A stretch of 64,000 nt of DNA from the human T2T-CHM13v2.0 reference genome, Homo sapiens. Position numbers and translations under genes: made by a program. The DNA lies in assembly GCF_009914755.1 (NCBI RefSeq), contig NC_060935.1; one strand, 5' to 3'. Position 1 is the stretch's first letter, and each line of letters opens with the position of its first letter. Under the pieces are notes generated by a model. The model was not told the DNA's origin. It was given only the letters and a program-made list of their open reading frames with translations, and did not search any database. Shown in pieces: positions 31,568-49,270 of the stretch.

Positions 31568-32100
31568 ATATCTACTATAGGGCAGTAGATACTTTTTGTG
31601 TGACTTCCTAACTCACTCTCTCATCTAACAAGTGAGGTAAATACCTTTGTTTTTTGTTTTCATTGTTATTTTTTGTAAGTTCTGGGTTTGCATTCTTTTT
31701 TCAAACCAATGACCCTCATTATTTCAAGTAAATCACTTAATCTATTTAATCTTAACAATGATTACATAACAAGTTATATTATTCTCATTTATTGTATAAA
31801 ATGCTATAGACGTAGGCAACTTATGAAATGTCAAATGAAAAAAAATTTTAATCTGCTTTCTTTCAATATTCTCAGACCCCTTAACAATTTTATAGATTCC
31901 GTTCCAAGCTACCATGCATAGTAGCTTTTGCAAATGCCCCAGCCTCATTTATTTAAAAAATACATTCCAATACCTTAGCTCCAACTTAAAAACAAAAATG
32001 CAGACTTCCGTTTCCAAGTTATAAAATTATTTTATCTTTTATTTATTTCTGAGAATATAAGCTGAAAACAATGACGTGGAGATAATCTGTTAAAAATTGT

Positions 32101-33015
32101 TTACCAATATTTTTCTTTAAGAAACTGAAGTCTATCTAACATTTTCTTCAAGGCATCTTTGACATCCTTATTTCTTAAGCTATAGATCAAGGGGTTTAGC
32201 ATTGGAATCACCACAGTATAGAACACTGACCCCAATTTATCCATTTTTAAGGCATAGCTAGTTCTTGGTTGGGAGTAAATAAAGAAGATTGCACCATAGT
32301 ACAAGGTGAGAGCCGTCAGGGGAGACCCACAAGTGGAGAAGACCTGGAGGCGGCCCTTAATGGAACGGATCTTCGAGATGGCTGCAATGATGAAGAGATG
32401 GACGCAAGAATAAGTGCAGTGGGAGTGATGATTGGAGGCAAGCATAAAATGCAGCACAGCCTGGTAGCGCTCCTTCACATCACACACCAACTTTACAAGT
32501 GGGGGCAGATCACAGAAGAAATCATCAATGATATTGCTGCCACAGAAGCTCAAGGTAGGTGTCTCACTGGTGATGATGGTTGAGTTTACAAAGCCGCCAA
32601 GGTGTGAAGCCTCAACAAGACTGGCACATAACTCTGGGAATGTGGCCCGGGAATAAAGCAGGGACTTGGAGATTGCCATGTAGCGGTCATAAGCCATGGA
32701 AGCCATCATATAGCACTCATTTTAGGCCAACACAGCAGAGAAGAACTGAGCAAGGCAGCCAGGAAAGGAGATGGTTTTGTCATCAGAAATGCAAGTCAGC
32801 AGGATATCGGGGATGTGGACAGAGGAATACCAGAGATCCAGAAGGAACCGGTTTCCAGTGAAGAAATACATGGGTGTGTAGGGCCAAGAATCAGCACAGA
32901 TGAGAGAATTCAGAATGATGTTGCCTGAGAGGCTGATGACATAAATGATGAGAAAGATGAAAAAGAGCACTTGCTGTAACCCCAAATCTTCTGTGAACTC
33001 TAAAAGGATAAACAG
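32101..33015 (-). pseudogene. OR9G2P: OR9G-family pseudogene
   Basis: OR motifs in two ORFs of the same frame separated by TAA at 32722-32724; out-of-frame patch at about 32398-32431; no recognisable N-terminus or start codon; symbol from recalled gene order. Confidence 0.85.
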
Positions 33016-33370
33016 TAAAAAAAGTAATCTTATTATGCTAACCACATTTTATAATATCATTGGAAGTACATTATTCTATAATTTCTTTGGAGTAAATAAT
33101 TGTATTTCATTCAAATTTTTGTTCACAAAACTAAGAATACAAGTTTGCATAAAGTAGAACATATGTAATTTGAATAAAAAGAACAGATGTGCTTACAAAA
33201 TGGTATTTTCAAACCACAGCTACCTTCGTGACCCTAAAATGTGTCTGGAAATGAAATAAAAGTATTAATCATTGGAAAATTGTGTTCATAATTTGGGTTG
33301 AATTTCCTACAGAATTAATAGGTTTTTTTTAAAAAGAATGAAACTACCTAAAATGAATTGTTTGTGAAAG

Positions 33371-33842
33371 TATGATAGAAGGAATAATGACCCACAAATA
33401 TACTCATTTTCTAATTCCAGGAACCTGGGAATATTACTTTACATGGGGAAAGGGTCTTTCCATATGTTATTAAGAGAATTGAGATGGGGATATTATCAGG
33501 GTGGGCACAAAATGTAATTACAAATATCCTTACAAGAGGGAGGCAGAGGGAGACTTGACTCAGAAAAGGAGGAGGTAGTGAGTGTGATCATGGGAGAAGA
33601 GGTTGGAGTAATGCAACCACAAGCCAAGTCATGCCAGCAGCCACAAGGAGCTGAAATAGAAAAGGAATGGATTCTCCTTTAGAACATCTGGACAGAGCAC
33701 GACCCTGCCGACACCTTGATTTTGGCCCAGTGGTACTGACTTCAAACTTCTGAACTACAGAACTGTAGAAAACAGATTTTTGTTGTTTGAAGCCAGGAAG
33801 TTTGTGGTTATTTGTTACGGCAGTAATAGGAAACTAAATAGA
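33371..33842. mobile_element. MLT1C/D-type MaLR LTR
   Basis: GAATAATGACCC...GAGGGAGGCAGAGGGAGA...CTGCCGACACCTTGATTTTGGCCCAGTG...GGAAACTAA. Confidence 0.8.
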
Positions 33843-35159
33843 AAGTTATGGAAACAACCCCAGAGTCTTCTTTCCCTCAGAGGTGGGAGCTGGAGAGGAC
33901 TGTTGCCAGTCATGAGGGACACAATGTCACTTAGAGGGCCCCTACTACCACCTACCACAATCAAAGAAGGGTGACATTATGATTGCCAGTGTTCTGGGTT
34001 GGCAAGAGCTGTTAAATTTCTGCTAGAAGAGCCAAGGCTTTACAAGTCTCCATTTCTAGGAAAAGAAAACACAACAACCTAGTCTTGGCTATTTTGCTAA
34101 GACATGGACTTAACATTGAGCTAGAAAAATAAAAAATAAAAAGCGTTTTCTTGGAACTGTACTTATATGATGAAAGACAATTTATTTTCACTAGGCTTTT
34201 AAGAATCTATTTTTTATTTAAACAAATATCAATGCTACATTTATTGTCAAAGTACAAGTTATTCATATAAACAAAGAGGATTGGATTAAATAATATTTGG
34301 GTTGTCTTTGTGTATCAAGGAGGTAAAGTTCTAAGGTTGTTTTTAACAAAGCGTGTTCCTAGAAACAGCTTAGTACCAAGAATCAGGAGACCTGGATTCT
34401 GAATTTAGTGAGCTGCTGCCAATATTGAAGAAACTGGACACTTCCAGAACTCTTTTTTTCTTACCTGCCTTTCTTAGTTCAACAGGACTTTATGACATTA
34501 CAGATGTGAGAAAGCACTTTGAAAATTAGAAGTTAAACCTACGTATTGCATTCCCTAAACTATGTGATTTGTTCATCTCAGCGATCCATCCCTCAGATAC
34601 ATTTGCTTTACCTCCCAAGGATCTCCAGTTGCTCCCACGCTATGAGTGCCTAGATTTTCATGTGTTCTCCTGCAGAAACTACACTTTCTGTGGCTTTTAG
34701 AAAAGCTGGGTAATTCATTTCTGGACCTGTTCTCAAAATTCCGATTGAGAATGAAAGTTGTAAGAGGCATTTCTTCTCTAGCCTCTCATTTTCATCTATG
34801 GTTGGTTATTAATGTATAAAATAAGCATAAGTATAAATGTATGCACATATTCATATATAATTCAATGATTTTACAAATAAAAATGGTTGAAGGTGGCTGA
34901 GTGTGACACATAAGACACATTAAGCCATCTTCCATATTTACATAGGTAAATAAATCGAGAAGATGCAAACAGAAAAAAAATAGAACTAAACGTAAAATTC
35001 AGGCAGGGATAAAACGTATTGCACATGAACATGTCATATTCACTGCTCTGTGTAGACCACAAATTCGACTCAACATTTCTCATAGTTCATATAAACAATT
35101 AGTAGTATCCAAAGACAAGCAAAATGAATCAAAATTTCAGCAAACACTGCCATTTTTAA

Positions 35160-35475
35160 TTCTTTTTTTTTTTTTTTTTTTTTTTGAGACAGAGTCTCAC
35201 TCAGTTGCCCAGGCTGGAGTGCACTGACATGATCTTGGCTCCCTGCAACCTCCACTTCCTGGGTTCAAGCGATTCTCATGCCTTAACCCCCCATGTAGCT
35301 GGGACTACAGGCATGTGCCACAAGACCTGGCTAGTTTTTGCCTTTTTAGTATTTTTTGCCTGGCTGTATTTTGCTATGTTGGCCAGGCTTGTCCTAAACT
35401 CCTGGCATCAAGTGATCTACCAGCCTTACCCTCCCAAAGTGCCAAGATTACAGGCGTGAGCCACCACACCTGGCC
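35160..35475 (-). mobile_element. Alu (AluJ/S-type)
   Basis: Reverse dimer; CTGCCATTTT on both flanks. Confidence 0.9.
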
Positions 35476-36130
35476 CATTCTGCCATTTTCGATATTAACT
35501 TTGAAATCATTCTTCCAAAGATTCCTTGTAAAGAGAATGATTAAATGCAATGCATAACACATTGAATAAATACATACACACACACACACACGAAAGAGTT
35601 TTCTTAAGCTAAACTTACTTGTCATTCATTCATAGACTTAAAGCTGGCTGCATCCATTGCTGAAATCAAGGCATGCTTAGAAAACTTCTTCCCACAAATC
35701 ATCTCTCTCATCTTCAACTATCTGACAGCTTCTTTCATCAGGAGGATTTTTTAAGTAAATAACTCTGGGAGTGGTCACACCAAAAGGAGCTGAACTCTTA
35801 GTGATTGCTCAGTCCTCTCCAGGCTTAATGCACCTGCAGTCTGTGCAATTCAGTTTGGTACTTTTTCAGATGCTGCTTTAGCTATATATTAATTATAAAT
35901 GTAAATGTATAGTATGTTTCCCAAAAAACATATATATATAAATATAAAGAAAAAGAAATACTTGAAAGTCATGACAATATTGACCTCTTGTAAAAAAAAA
36001 TCTGTCAAATAACCATTTAACTACCTGTTTCACTGAAAGAGAAAATAAAGTCTGAATAAAAGACATTTGAGGACACTTCAGCTGTCTTCATCAAATAATA
36101 TATATTATACATAGTTTTCTCACCCCTCTT

Positions 36131-37902
<1,772 letters not shown>

Positions 37903-39747
37903 CTACCTGCTCACTGAAAGAGAAAATGAAGTCTGAATAAAAGACATTTGAGGACACTTTAGCTTTCTTCCTCAAATATAATTATAAGAAAGAAAATCTT
38001 ATTCTATTTCACAAAGTAGATTTAAGTCGTGGTTTACTTATATTAAGAATCATTTTGTTTTTTGTCTATATTGTGATTTACTGACCTTCCTGTTTTGGTT
38101 AATTAACTACAACACTTACTTTTATGAGAATGTCATTTGAATTTTAACTGAAGTTCAGAATTTCCCATATTACCATAGAATACAAAATGTCATTTATTCA
38201 CTCTACAGGAATTTTCTCACCAGTGATTACAATACTGGGAGGCCATATAATCCTGAGCATCCTTTTGGGATTTGCTGAAGAAAAAAAAAAAGACGATATT
38301 GATTCATATTTATGGAGCAATTCCTATGTGCCTGGCACTGAGCTAAATGCTGGAAGAAATACAATTACGAGGCAAAGTAACATCTTAGGTGAGCTTAGTA
38401 ATGGCTAATTGGCAAACTAAAGATGGAGAAGGTGTAAGTATTAATCCCATGTCTACAATTCACTAATTGTGAGACCCAGAGAAGTGTATTTAAACTCACC
38501 AAAGCTCAGTTTTTTAACATATAAAATGGAAATAACTTGTCTTCATCATAAAGTTGTAGTGAAGATTAAACTAGGTTTTATACATACATAAAGGTTTTTC
38601 AATACATGCCAATTGAAAGTATTAAAAAATCAGAAAAAGCAAAAAGAATTAAAAATTAAAGTACATATGTATATACATATATACATATGCATACTTATAT
38701 ACATATGTACTTTATGGGTGGGAAAGGAGATAAAGGACTTGTTCTTTTCTATTTGTTTCTTCCTGTTTCTATCAGTGACATCCTAGAAGTGCTTCTTCAC
38801 ACAGACTAGCAATTTTGCTCAAGTAGTAGCAGTTGACCCCAGTTTGCAGTTTTTTCCAACGTTTGTTAAATCAGCCTTATTAAACCACCTCAAAGATACC
38901 AGCCCTGGCTGGGCAGAAAGCTGGAGAGGAAATACGACAACTGATAAAACCCCTTCAATCCTTTCTAAGAATCTGTATCTTTTTGTCCATTTACCCCAGG
39001 AACCATTTACCCCAGGATACCACGTATGTGTATCCAAAGACCATCTTTCTAGATACCTGTGCCTTAAGTCTTTTGCCAACAGCTACTCTCTCAGCTGCAA
39101 GATGAAGGCAGTTGCAGGAGGACTTTCTCAGTTTTCATTGATGAGTGACTGAACAAGAAAAATTATCTTAACCTAATTTACTATATTTTTTCATGATGCT
39201 GATTTTGGATGAGCTCAGAAATAAAATCAAAGAGAAATAATTCAGGTCCCATTTAGGTTAATAAACATTAAACCTCGACTATGGACAATTTATCAATTAT
39301 GTGCTGATCACTAGAGATATAGCAGAGAACAAAGTAGAAATAGTCCTTGTCCTTGTGCTGCTTATAGTTCAGGTGATCATGACTACAGTAAAGCAATTAT
39401 ATATTGTGATTATGAGACTGAAATGGCTTGCCCCAAACCATGAGAGAGTTAATGGCAGAACCAGTTTAATCAGAACTTCTCACAATGCATTTAGTAATCT
39501 GAGATACTCTAGCACTTAATCCTGTATCTCCTTTATTAGACTGAATATTTTCTCTACCACTGCTAAAGCAAAAGTTCTTAATTTGGGTTCATTGATCACT
39601 GGGGAGAGCATAGATGGGCTTCAAGGACTCCAAAATTCCCTCTGAGAATGTGACTGGGAAGTTTTGATTGTGTCCCTATCTGTTCAAGAGAGCCTGTTGG
39701 ATTCTCATTAGGATCCATTGTTCAGAGCCATTGTGCTACCTATTTCA

Positions 39748-41887
<2,140 letters not shown>

Positions 41888-44800
41888 AAAAGAATTTGTT
41901 TAGCAAAGTGTAGCCTAGATGAAATCTCCTTTAGAATATATATTTCTTACCTTCTATACTTGACTGCTGAAAATAGTTGTCAGTGAAACATTAACATCTT
42001 TTAACATTATATAAGTTCAACTTGGCAGAAGAGAAAACCTAGATGAAATAGTATGAAAACATTCCTAAGAAGTGGAATGAAAGAAGAATATACTGTGACA
42101 TTTAGCTTTAGATGTTAAGAGGGAAAAAAAGGTCAAGTCCTAAATGAAGGATTACTGTTATTCATATGAAAGAATTTCAAGTAAGAGCAGAGTGATTGAG
42201 ACTCATAAGTGTGAATGATAGGACAATGGTTCATCTTCTGATTTATTTTATTTAACTTTTTTAATGTCCCTGTTCTTAAGGTGTTTATCTTGTACTGAAT
42301 GACACAGGTAAGATACTCACCAAGCCCATCTGCTCTTTCTGAACGCATAAAAAAACTACATTTCCCTGAATGCTTTGTAGTTATGCCAGGATCATGTGAT
42401 TACATTCTGGCTAATGAGATATGGATAAAAGCGTAGTCCACAATTTCTGTTTCTGGCCATTAAACTCCATACACCATCATCCATCTACTCTCTTCTCCTT
42501 CTGCCAAACTGTGATCATCATGTATTATTGATGGTGGCCTCAAAAGAGGGAAGAAACCTGCATCTCAGTCACTGCTTAGTGGAAAAATGAGTCTCAAGAA
42601 CTTACCTGTATGATGGTCTAGCCTACCCCTAGTAAAATAGTTTTGATTATTCATTTAAATATCAAACAAATACTAAAAACCCAACAAGTAAACAAACAAA
42701 CATTGTAATTGCCAACAATCGAAACCAAATAGAAAGGTAGTCCCTTTAAGGAAGATAATTTAGTTATGGAAAAATGTTAATTCAAGCAAGATTTTAAAAT
42801 AAGTGCTGCAAACAAATGTAAAGAAAAAATCTGTTAAAAGGGATTATCTTCTGTACTTTCCATTCAACTTTTCTGTGACTATAAAACTCCTTTAAAATAA
42901 TAATATCTATTTAACAAAAGTTTGGGGTGGGTGGATATACCATGGGAAGAAAGTTGAATTTCAAGGCAGCTGGATATGAAGTAGAAGGTTGTAGGGGCTT
43001 TTCATCATTTTCCTCTATATATTTCTGTGTTTCACTTTTTTTAGTAACATGCATGCAGTTGTATACCACGTAATATAACTAATAAAGAACAAAAAATTGG
43101 TTTGAGTAGTATTTATAAATATAATTAAGAAAATTAGTATTTTTGTTATGAATAATATATAAATATTTGCATTTTCATATAATTATGAATCCATATATGG
43201 ACAGCAAAAAACCCATTCCAACTTCGGTTTAGCAGGGCAAGTCATTTTCTTAGAGAATATGTGCCATCTTGTAGTGAGTCAAAGCAATGTTCCATGTTTA
43301 GTACATCCATTCATGTGCTGGACAAGAGGTAGCACTTTCCAGTAGCCAGACTCTGTTGCTCTAAATACTTTTACAGAATTCTACTCTTTACAGTATCCAT
43401 GTCCAAGAATATCTACTTTGTAGCGCTTGTTATGTTGTAAAAATTTAAAGTATTTTGTGAATGCAATTTTTTCTATATCCTCCCTAAGCCATAAGTCTCA
43501 AGAAGGCTGAGTCCATGTCTGTTTTTGTTCACCAGTGTATATGTCTCTGCATAACCTCCTTTATAGCACTGGTAAAGTAGCACTTAATAAATATTTGTTC
43601 AGTTAGGTAATTAACTGATTAATATACAGATACATGATCTTCTCAAGATATTTATTAAATTGAGAAAAAGGAAAGCTCAGAACCATGCGCACAATATCTG
43701 CCCATCTGCCTTGGTGTGCATGTTAAAAATTTATTCACATATATGCTTGACAACAGATGAAAATCCTCTGGATGAAAACACAAGGAACTATTAAAGATGA
43801 GCACTGTTAGAGAGGGAAGCTGGAGGTCTGGGCTGGGACAGTTGCTGAGTTCTTCTTGTGTATTCTTGTAATCTGCATACCTTATTGGAACATTTACCAT
43901 GAACATACAATATTTTTCAATATAAAAGTATAACGTCAAACAATAGATACTATAAGTATTTCCAAACTTATACATATGTAAAGTATACCAAATTGCTTAT
44001 ATTTCTTTTGATTTGTAAAAGAGAGAAAACAAAATTCCACATGTCTCAGATTATCTTAAACATTAGCACTATAATATCTAACTAAACTAATCATTTCATC
44101 ATGTTCAAACCTCCTCTGATGGTAGTATACTTTTTCTATGATATATTTGCTTTGATCTATATGTATGTGTGTGTCTATGCATGCACATGCCCTTGCATAA
44201 TATATATATTTGTAAGGTTCACAAAGTTTACAAATGTAAGAAATAAAATATAATCACATAAAAATACATAAAATATACTTCACAGCTAATATTCATTCAG
44301 TTTATATCAAATACCTGTAGATGAAAGATCTAGGAAAAATTTTCTAAAAAGTTTGCCAACAAAGAGAACAAAGTAGAAAACATCGAGAACATACACTATT
44401 ATTTCTGAGTGGTCAACGTTATTTTCCTTTTTTGTTGGCATCATCAGAAAGTACCAGAAAGCAGTGACTCTCTTTGAAAAAAAATTGCCAATTGCCATAT
44501 CACAGTATTCTAAAATTCCACAAGAACACAATTGTCTTATTTGTCTTCTTTTTAAATGGTTTCAGGAAGAGTCATCAGTTAATCATAAAATGTTTAATAT
44601 TCCCCTTCCAGCAAGACCACTATTTGAGCTTGCCTACCTGACTGCCTGCTTTCCTGTCTTCCTTCCTGCCTGCCTTCTTTCTTTTCTTTATTTCTTTATT
44701 CCTTCCTCCCTTCTTTCCTTCTGTCTTTATGAGGTACCATGATACCCTAGAAATAGTCATTGCCCAAAATATCAAGAGGACTCAATTTTAGATCAGGCTG

Positions 44801-45744
44801 TGTTTCCAATTCTGTGACCTGGAACAGATTGATTTTCCATTCCCCTTACTAATTCCCTCACTTAACAAAGAAATAGCTCAGCCCAAATTTTCTCTAAGGT
44901 GGTTTTTAATTCTAACATTAATGCAACCCAAAAGAACTACACAAGAATTTAGGGTCTGAGTGAAGAGTAGTTAACACTTCAGGGAACCTATTACAGAAAA
45001 ATACTGATGATTTTTCCAAGGTGATACTGAGGCTCCAAGGCCATCAATTGCTCCATGTTCCCTCTCTAACAAAATGCCTTGGGCATCATTAAGACTGATT
45101 GGGTGCTCAGAAATGGGCAATTACCAAACTTGAAAATAACTATTTGCCTTAATACTAAATAAGTTTCAGAGGAACTAATTAATCAAAACAATGTTAAATA
45201 AGAAAACTTCCTGGGTGATGATTGCTATCCAGCTCTGAAAGTTACTCCTGGGACCATGCAGATTGAGCAGCAAATAGGGACTAGCAATAGGAAATGCCTT
45301 TGTAAATTGATGTGGTCGGGAGGGCCAGTTTCTAACATTATTGGTTCGTTAGTTGCTATCTTGTCTTCTTGGGTCTTGTTCCCTTGCCCTGGAAAAAACA
45401 AAATTATATTCCAATTCAGCAAACCCCAGCAAGCCTAAGGGATTAAATTAATTTATAAACATTGGAAGCTGTAAGAAAGGCTGTAATTCACACCCTGATT
45501 ATGTTGAAGAGCATGGGTCTTTCCATCTCTGGGTTGGAACACCAGCTCTCGATCTCCTGTGAGTTATTTAAAATTCTTGAGTTTCAGTTCCCTCAAATGT
45601 AAAAGAAGGTTAAATAATAGTATGTACAATGGGAAACCAAGTGAAATTATGCATTTAATGTGCCTGGGGCATAGAAAGAGTTCAACATATGTCCATTGAT
45701 ATTATAGTTTAGCCCACTGTCACTCTCACCCAGTTTGTGTGTGT

Positions 45745-46270
45745 AATAAAATATTCATAACATAAAATTTACCATTTTAACCATTACAAGAGTTAATTCA
45801 GTGTTAATTCAAAGTTAACTATTTTAAGTGTCAATTCATTTTTAATTCAGTGGCATTACATACATTGACATTGTGTGCAGCCATCACCACCATCTAATCT
45901 CCAGGAATTTTTCATCTTCCCAAACTGAAACTTTCTCTGCTCTTTAAACAATTACTCCACATTGTCCCCTACTTTCAGACCCTGGTAACCACTATTCTAT
46001 TTTCTGACTCTATGAATATGACTACTCTAGGTACCTCATACAAATGGAATTATATAATATTTCTTCTTTTGTGTCTGGTTTATTTCACTTGGTACAGTGT
46101 TTTTAAAGTTTATCCGTGTTGTGGAATATGTGTCTGAATTTCTTCTTAAGACTGAACACTATTCCATTGCACATATATAGTATTACATTTTTTATCTACT
46201 CATCCCTGAATGGATATTTGCATTGTTTCTACATTTTAGCTATGACAAACAATGCTGCTATGAATGTGAG
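45745..46270 (-). mobile_element. Old L1M (L1MA/MB) 3' end
   Basis: AAATTTACCATTTTAACCA...GGTAACCACTATTCTA...AATGCTGCTATGAA. Confidence 0.75.
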
Positions 46271-47394
46271 TCAGCTTTTTAACCACACAAAGAGAAATCA
46301 AAGATTTTCTTTTGAGATAAGGATGAATATGGTCATGTAAGATACTGGCCAGTTTATAAACATTCGCTCAACAAATCTTACTAAGTGCCTACTCCGTAGC
46401 AGGCATTCTGCTAGAGGAATAGTGATGAACAAAAAGAGCTTTCCATCAGCATACAAATTATAGGTGCCCCAAGAAATATCGGAACTAAAATGGAGCAGCT
46501 GGCCACCTGGTGTGGAAAGCTCTGGCCGTGGCAGCTTCCTCAGGCACTCCAGAAAGACAACAGAGAAGGTCTGATGCTGAGCTGATGGTCCCCATAGAGG
46601 CTAATCCAGCATCCATGGCTCTGCTCTCTGCTTTGCTACAATGTGCATGTTGCAGAAAAGCAATTACCCCGATGGCCCCATTGTGATAAGGGACCATGAC
46701 GCTGCAGGACATGTACATGTTCCGAGTGTCGGTGGAGATACAGCCAGGCAAAAATTGGTTGATAGGTGGAGCTGATAGTGTCTCCTGGCAAATGCAGCTC
46801 CACCTGGACTCCCAAATTCATCTTCATTGTTATTAGATATGTTTGTACCTTTCTTCTGATGTGTCACTTTACTGATGTCTAGGCTGCAGCATGACTAACA
46901 ACTAGTGAACATTCAGCAAATTAGACATTCATCTGATTTTTAAATACATAATATGTAAGCATTAGATTGCATTTTAAATCCATTTTCATTATAACAAGAA
47001 ATCTCAACTTTCATTTATCAAAAAGAGAAAATGAAGATTGTTTTTATTTTAGACACATTAAATACATATAAACTAAAGATCATACATATTTATTGTGTAC
47101 AACTTGATATTTTTATATGCCTATACATTGTGAAATAACACAGTCAAGATAAGTGAAGAACAGCTTTAAATATCATTTCTTTAAGTTGAGTTTCAGCTCC
47201 CTTAAAAATTTGAATTCCATAAAACTTAATTTTTAAATTGTGATTAAAAATTATTCATCCAGAATTGTTCATAGTCATTTCAATCATAAAACCTAAGGTA
47301 AAAACTGTTGTACTTATGGAAGAAAACTCAAATTTCTCCTTCAAAAATTGGAGAAAATTTGTTTCTAATTTGTATATGAATTAAAATCATCTGA

Positions 47395-47700
<306 letters not shown>

Positions 47701-48257
47701 AATAGATAAATAAAATCATCTTCCTAATCATTTTATATTTTATATTTTTTGTTACATTATATGTTAAAATTAATGAAATGTCTGAACTAGCTCCATTTAG
47801 ACACCCTAGTTCTCTCCTAATTCCTCCAGTGTTATGTTCATATATTAAAAATGCTCTTCATTATTTTACCATAACATGAAATATGTTAAGCACCAATAAT
47901 AATAGCAAACCACTAGTGCTCATTATGTACCAAAGCACTGTGCTAGACCTTTTACAAAAATTAACTGCTTAACTACTATTATTATCACCTTCTCTCTACA
48001 TAGGAGGTTATGGAAGCTCAGAGAGGTTAAGTAATCTGCCCATCTCCACACAGCTATCAAGTAGCACAGTCAAGATTTGATATATGTGGCTCTAAGGCAC
48101 ATGCTCTTATCCAATACTTAGTATACTGTCTCTCTAAAGCTACATAGAAATAGAATTTCTCAAGCTGCAGTTTGAGTTCTATTACCGGGAAATGAAATCA
48201 TCTTAGTAGGTTATGACTAGCATTATTTAAAGGAATGCGATACAATAAATACATAAA

Positions 48258-49270
48258 ACATGGTTGTCAAGCTTTTCTATAAAGGCCCATATAGAAAGCA
48301 TTTTAGGCTTTGCTGGCATACTGTTTATGTGACAACTACTCAGCTCTATTTGTTTCATCCATCCAAACCTGAGGCTAGAGTAACCCCAAAAGTGACTGCA
48401 GGGGAGGTCTCAAAAAGGAGTGCCCAAAACCCTCCCAAGATGGGGCCAATTGGGATTCCAAAGATAGAAACACTAAACACCAGGGTGATCCATCCAAAGC
48501 ATTTATTAGAGAAATTTACAAAGTGCTGCAGCAATCCTCATGACAGATGGCAAGAGAAAGGGAGGTTCTGCTGGGCATATGCCCAATGAATGTGTTGGGT
48601 TATGGAATTTATAGGACAGTTTAAAGAATTCATCTCAGGACCAGGGCTAGTTTCTTTTCGTATCTGAGACAACAACCTAAACAAGTGTATCAGTGCCTGG
48701 AAATGTCCAAGCTTGAGTTCAAGTATGCAGGGAAAAACATGGAGCTGGTAAGGTCACAAGAGCAATCAAGATACTCCATATTTTTTGGTCAAGACAAAGA
48801 AAAAATGGGAAAAATAGAGGAACCCCACACTGCCCTTGTAGTCCCAAAGCATCCAAGGACTATTCATAAATCAGTAGTTGTGGTTTATATATTATTACCT
48901 TACATGTGGATACATTTTTGGTTATCACACCTGGAATGAGGGGTGTTAAAGGCATCTAATGCAGAGGGCAGAATGTGGTTAAATGTCTTACAATGCAAAG
49001 GATATCCCCACAATTAAGAGTTATCCAGGCCAAAATGTCAGTAGAACTGTTGTTGAGAGATTCTAATATAAAGATGGTTGTGTTCCAGCAAAACTTTTTT
49101 TATGGATGCTAAAATCTAAATTACAAATAATTTTCATGAGTCATAAAATATTCTCCTTTTGACTGTTTCCAATCATTTAAGAATGTAAAAACCATTCCTG
49201 ACTTGCAAGTTGTACAAACACAGGTGTCAAGCTGGATTTGATACACAAATCATAGTCTGCTGATTTCTGA
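48258..49270. mobile_element. Nested set: MER58-like DNA transposon split by an ERVL-type LTR (about 48351-48828) and a MER20-like element (about 48870-49065)
   Basis: MER58 ends (TTTTAGGCTTTGC...ACAACTACTCAGCTCT; GCTGGATTTG...CATAGT); MER20 motif GGCCAAAATGTCAGTAG. Confidence 0.6.
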
